DNA of 58,004 bases, filler included, from Bipalium vagum (Eukaryota), in the NCBI GenBank assembly GCA_037834085.1. It is 3 parts of 3 records of this genome, joined end to end, with 100 filler letters (N's around TTAATTAATTAA, not from the genome) between each part and the next. Parts side by side here need not be neighbours in the genome. Positions count along the whole stretch, not along the records: positions 42,436 to 58,004 come from JBBMKC010159316.1; 2 more parts are not named here. One strand, written 5' to 3'. The position numbers were made by a program, and so were the translations under genes. Below the pieces are notes generated by a model. It was given only the letters and a program-made list of their open reading frames with translations. It searched no databases and was not told where the DNA came from. Below are positions 53,134-58,004 of the stretch, in pieces (position 1 is the stretch's first letter; every line of letters starts with the position of its first letter).

Positions 53134-53485
53134 ATGGCAAAAGGAAAACAGCTCACATTAACAGAAAAGTCAAAAATTCATTTCTTAAAAGATTCAGAAT
53201 GGTCGAATAGGAAGATTGCTCTTTAAGGATAGAGAAAATTACGGTAAATATGTAAATATTGGAAAGAAATCCTCTTTATCTTCAAGAGATAAACGACATA
53301 TTTCAACCAAAGCTGTTAATGTTCATCTGTCATCTTCTCAAATACAATTAGAATTTAAATTATCAGCTACAGTACGGAGAATACAACAAGTATTCAAAGA
53401 AAATAATTTATCAAAATGGAAGAAGAGAGAGCGTAAACCTAAACTAACCAATAACCATAATGTATATTTACATAAAATACAATAA
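53134..53485 (+). mobile_element. Tc3-like transposase 5' remnant
   Basis: MAKGKQLTLTEKSKI...SNRKIA / DRENYG...LSSRDKRHI...KPKLTNNH. Confidence 0.8.
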
Positions 53486-53859
53486 TAATTAATTAATATA
53501 ATATAAATTTTAACATTTTCATGACAAGCATTAAAACAAAGTATATTTTATTGTTTTAATAATTCTAAGTTTATTTATACATTCGTTATGTCATTCAAAA
53601 AGTACCGTTGCTAGGCTTAATTAAAATTTTCCATTTCGGAATTTTTTATGATTTTTCTTTCGAAACAATCTGATATTTTATCCCACATTAATCCCAGGCC
53701 CAAAGTATTACGAAAGTCATGTCGCTAAGTGATAGAATACATTTATCTTGTCACTTTTCCTATTTTGACTTTTCTATTAAAACAAAAAATGAATCATTAA
53801 TTTATGTTTTGATTATTCATTTAATAAATCTGACATTATTTTATCACCGATATTCTCCT

Positions 53860-54330
53860 ACTTCAATAAAGTCCTCCACTGCTTTCCTTTTACTCCCCAA
53901 ATGCCAGATCGATGATAATTTTCAAAAAGTTTATTTAGAATTTTATTTATATTTTATCGAAAATATTTCACCATTTCACCCATCCTCGAAAATACGTTGA
54001 AAAAATTTCCTTTATTTTCAAGCCATTTTTTCTTTGCTTTTATCGAACAGCTTCTTGTGGATCCATACACTATTGCCATTGTTGCTTTGTGCCATTTTGA
54101 TAAAGAACTTCAGCATTTCATTATTTATCAGAAATTTTTGATGGTCCTTCACATTGTTTGTTCAAACCGATCGAGCGATTTTGTACTTTTGGTGACAACT
54201 CACACAGATGTAATGGGATATAGGTTGTATATCCGAAAAGTTCAATGTTTCCCTAAACATAATTTGCAGAATTATTGTAGAGAGTGCAAAAAAGTAACAT
54301 TGGTGGTTAACCTTTAATTACATTTAAGTC
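53860..54330 (-). mobile_element. Possible eroded mariner
   Basis: VLYQNGTKQQW resembles the segment after TGDEKW; otherwise degenerate. Confidence 0.3.
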
Positions 54331-55763
54331 GCACATGATATTCCAAAAATTCTAAAATCATTTTAACCTTTACATATTAAAATTTATTTACATATTTATT
54401 TATTATAGCAAGGTGTCATGGTAACGAGATTTAACTGTATCTTAACTGTTTTTTTGCTTAAGGTATGTTCTGTTTAGATTTTTGAAATATTACCATACCT
54501 AGAAATGTTAAAACTTAGTTTTTTCCCGCCTTACAAAAGCAGTTACTTCCAAATTCAAATTCCTAATTGGACGGAAAAACACAAGCTCAATATGCTTGAT
54601 TACCAGGACCCTCTTAGACCAGCAATTTCCAAGAAGACGACTGAGAGGACGCAAACCAATGAATTAAGCTGCAAAATCACCAAACTTATCTCCTTCAGAT
54701 TTTTTTGTTTGGGAATTTCTCTAAAACAAACCATACACAAAAAAGCCCTGAACTATCTCGGAAATGAAAAATTTAATTATTGATAATTCAAAAATTTACC
54801 TCGTAATACTATTTCTTCTTTTGGTAAACTTTAAAAACCTTGTATTGAATTAAATAACACAAATGTTGAACATTATTAAATTTCAATAAATATATATCGC
54901 ATTGCCTGTAGAATTTCGAGATTATCATGTTTAATTTAGATGTAATTAGAAATGAAAGTCCCCGTGTTATTATATCAACACACATATGTTGTAATTTCTA
55001 TTAATAAACGCAGTTCACATCGGCGCTCAATTGAAATTGAATTTCATTAATAAAACAAAAAAACCAATTAAAACACAATAATAAATGATTAAGAATAAAA
55101 ATGGATTTTCAATTTGAAAATAATAATAATGTCATAATAAATAAATAAATAAATAAAGCAAGACTTCCGAGTTTATATTGACATTTCTAATAATTGAGAA
55201 ATATCTGAATAACCTAATTATAATTAATAATATAATTAATATATATATTATTTGTAAAAGTTTTATTTGTAATAATATCTGAATTCGTAAATAAAAATGA
55301 AACAAAACAACAAAAAATAATAGACTAAAAGTGGGAAAGAATGAAAGCGAAAACAAAACAAAATGCGCGTCCGTTGTTTGCGACACACTTTTCCGTTTCA
55401 TTGTACAAAGGCTGGCGAAAATGTGATTGGGAGGCTGTTACAAATATGCATTATTATCAAAACAGACCCGTGGAAGACCTGGTGAATATTAACCTGCTCC
55501 TGCAACAGGCCGTTTGGAGAACTGTGATCACTTTCAGCACGGATGCTGCTCAGAGCCAGCAACTTGTCTCCACTGACAGAACTTCATATTTCTTGCAAAT
55601 ATATTTTTACCAGAGCGATCATTCATCATAGAAACTGTCAATTTTCATTTCGCGTTCTTCAAGCAGATTTGATCAGAAAATTCTCCGATAATAATTATTA
55701 TTATTATTTTTAATATTATTATTACTATTATTAATATTATTATTACTATTATTTTTAATATTA

Positions 55764-57411
55764 CAGGGTTTAACCTCACATTTCAAATATTTAGCATTCA
55801 ATTATAAAAATGGAATATTTTATTTCAAATTTTTATATTTGATATAAAAATATATTTGTTTACACAAATACAAACACAAATTTAAAACACAAAATTGATA
55901 AACAACGAAATGCGAAGAAGAATCATAGAGGCCTTCGATAATGGGCATTCAAAAAAGCAAATAATGATAAATGTATATCTTTGATCTGTTCAATTATAAA
56001 GGTAATTTTTCATCCATGTTTTTACTTTTATTATAACATCTTATTGGGTTGCGGAATAAGTTCTGCGGCATTTTGACTATTAAAGTGAAATGAAAATTTA
56101 TATAATATATAATTTAGTTATCAACAACTGTTGTTTAAATAATATCATTATATTGAATATTTTGCGGTAATTTGATTACATGACAAAAATTTGCAATTTA
56201 CATTATTGTTAGAATGGATAAATCTAATCTAACAGAAGACTACAGGGAGCATTTCCGACATGTTTTATTGTTTTTTAACAATAAAGGGGGAAAGTGTCAG
56301 AAGAGAAATATGAAATATTTGTAGTTTATGTGAACAACTATAAGCTGTGATACATGTCAGAGGTGATTTGTACGTTTCCGCTCTGGTGGGATTGGATTCC
56401 GCTCTTGAAAGGTAAACCCAAAATGAGCTCAAATCTTGGCTCAAATCAAATCGGATCGACATATCTTAACAAGAGAAATAGCACAATCCCTGAAAGTTGA
56501 ACATTCAACAGTTGTAAAGAGATTAAAAAGTGCTGGAGTTATAAAACCCTAGATACTTTGATTCCTCTACATTTATCAGAAAAGAAAATTTTGGAACGAG
56601 TTGCAATATGTGAATCTCTGGTAAAAAAAATGAATTCACTGGACCTATTTCTGAAGAAATGGATTCGTTATGAAAACGTTAAACGTAGAACCAGACTTGC
56701 ATTTATAAAATCTTATGATTTCCGCCTGGTGGGATTGGAAGGGTATTGTTTATTATGAACTTGTTGCAAGTGGTCAGACTAGTAATTCCACCAAGTACTG
56801 TGATCAAATTGAAGAACTTAAAAAGGTCATTCAGCAGAAACGTCCAGAATGTTCAAATAGAAAAAATGTTGTCTTTCACCATGACAACGCCAAACTTCAT
56901 TCAGCTTTACAGACAAGACTCAATGCAGCGCCCACCGCACTCACCAGATATAGATCCCACCGACTACTACCTATTTACATCATCTCATCACACAGCAATT
57001 CAATTCTTTGAAAAATATCAAACAGTGCTTGGACACCTTCAAATCCAAACTCCAAAGTTTTTATGAACACGGCATTATGAGTTTGTCGTAACGTTGGCAA
57101 CAAGACATTGACAAAAATGGAAATTATTTTGATGATTAAAATTAATTTTCGCATGCTACAGTTTTATTTTTTTATGTTCATAAAAATGCCGCAGAACGTA
57201 TTCAACAACCCAATAGATATACATTTCTCAAAACAGAATCACTCGATTTATAAAAGGGGCTTCAAGAAAGAGAATAATCGAAAATAATCATGTGAAATCG
57301 ATACATAAATACATAGATTCATATTGTTCAATAACTTTGGATAACATTCACCAAAAATTGCCAAAAAATATAATTGAATGTTTAAAATTTTAAATGTGAG
57401 GTTAAACCCTG
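55764..57411 (+). mobile_element. Non-autonomous CAGGG-ended Tc1/IS630-like element hosting a nested mariner
   Basis: ~40-bp TIRs CAGGGTTTAACCTCACATTT...CATTCAATTA, TA flanks, residual MRRRIIEAFDNGHSKKQI HTH-like start. Confidence 0.85.
56044..57213 (+). mobile_element. Near full-length defective mariner (1170 bp)
   Basis: TIRs TTGGGTTGCGGAATAAGTTCTGCGGCATTTT (3 mismatches), TA TSD; WWDWKGIVYYEL, VFHHDNAKLH and PPHSPDIDPTDYYLF motifs split by frameshifts. Confidence 0.93.
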
Positions 57412-58004
57412 TATTATTAATATTTCTATTATTACTATTATTATTATTACTATTACTATTATTATGATTTTTACTATTATTATTTCCTTTGATAAGAACT
57501 GAAGTTCAAGGAGAAATATATTTCAAGTGAAGATGGGTACAAAAGTAATAATTGTTTACTTAAAGTGAATATTAGCTTAACAAGTGGGAAATTAATTACG
57601 ATACGACCACGAGAATCAGATGTACTGAAAGGATACATTCTTTGGGAAATTTTCATTTCTATTAATTATTGCATTTACCAAAGCCATAAGAAACACTCAC
57701 TTGAATTGGATATGTACATATGAAATCGTTTTGGAAATTGACATTTCAAGTCTAATCCCTTCCTAATGCTGGTTGATTAAAAAAATTATCATCGCTTCGT
57801 TACTTGGAATATATCTTCATCGTTTATGAAAGTTCAGCAGACTTTCGTGGGGTGAATTATTAATTTTATTTACACTCAAATCATATTAGCAGAGAAAACA
57901 TTCTCTGGCGATCACTTTATTCATTTGGATACCATCATGGTCTTGTCATGATATTGGTGCTTACATTTTTAAAAGTACACTCTTTACGATTTAATTAATA
58001 AAGA

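Noticed and set aside
1-58004. CRISPR arrays, rRNA, prokaryotic operons
   Set aside because: No repeat-spacer arrays or rRNA-like sequence; the DNA is intron-containing eukaryotic sequence.

Overview
Strongly AT-rich eukaryotic (animal) genomic DNA, most plausibly a planarian-type flatworm. That is an inference from the base composition, very short introns, (AAT)n tracts, abundant mariner fossils and a 7-repeat protocadherin. Two host genes are well supported. (1) The last three coding exons of a small-conductance Ca2+-activated K+ channel (SK/KCNN) lie on the minus strand (16008-15939, 4604-4503, 4403-4335) and are invisible in the ORF track. (2) A protocadherin lies on the plus strand, with signal peptide, 7 cadherin repeats and TM in one 2.6-kb exon (45319-47896) and a probable last exon at 50945-51063. 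A weaker short-exon gene fragment resembling a peptide prohormone sits at 134-643 (-). The rest is a transposon graveyard: many mariner fossils, Tc1/Tc3-, rosa(DD41D)-, pogo- and Merlin-like remnants, a pogo-type MITE, a mariner nested in another TIR element, and LINE fragments. The most unusual object is a 194-bp TG...CA element at 25636-25829 with a 5-bp TSD and a polypurine tract, whose 113-bp LTR is built around a tRNA-Ala-like Pol III unit, a possible tRNA analogue of 5S-carrying Cassandra LTRs. Two 100-bp N/TTAATTAATTAA linkers show the window is stitched from separate contigs, so long-range adjacency is uncertain. All calls were made by eye, without database searches.
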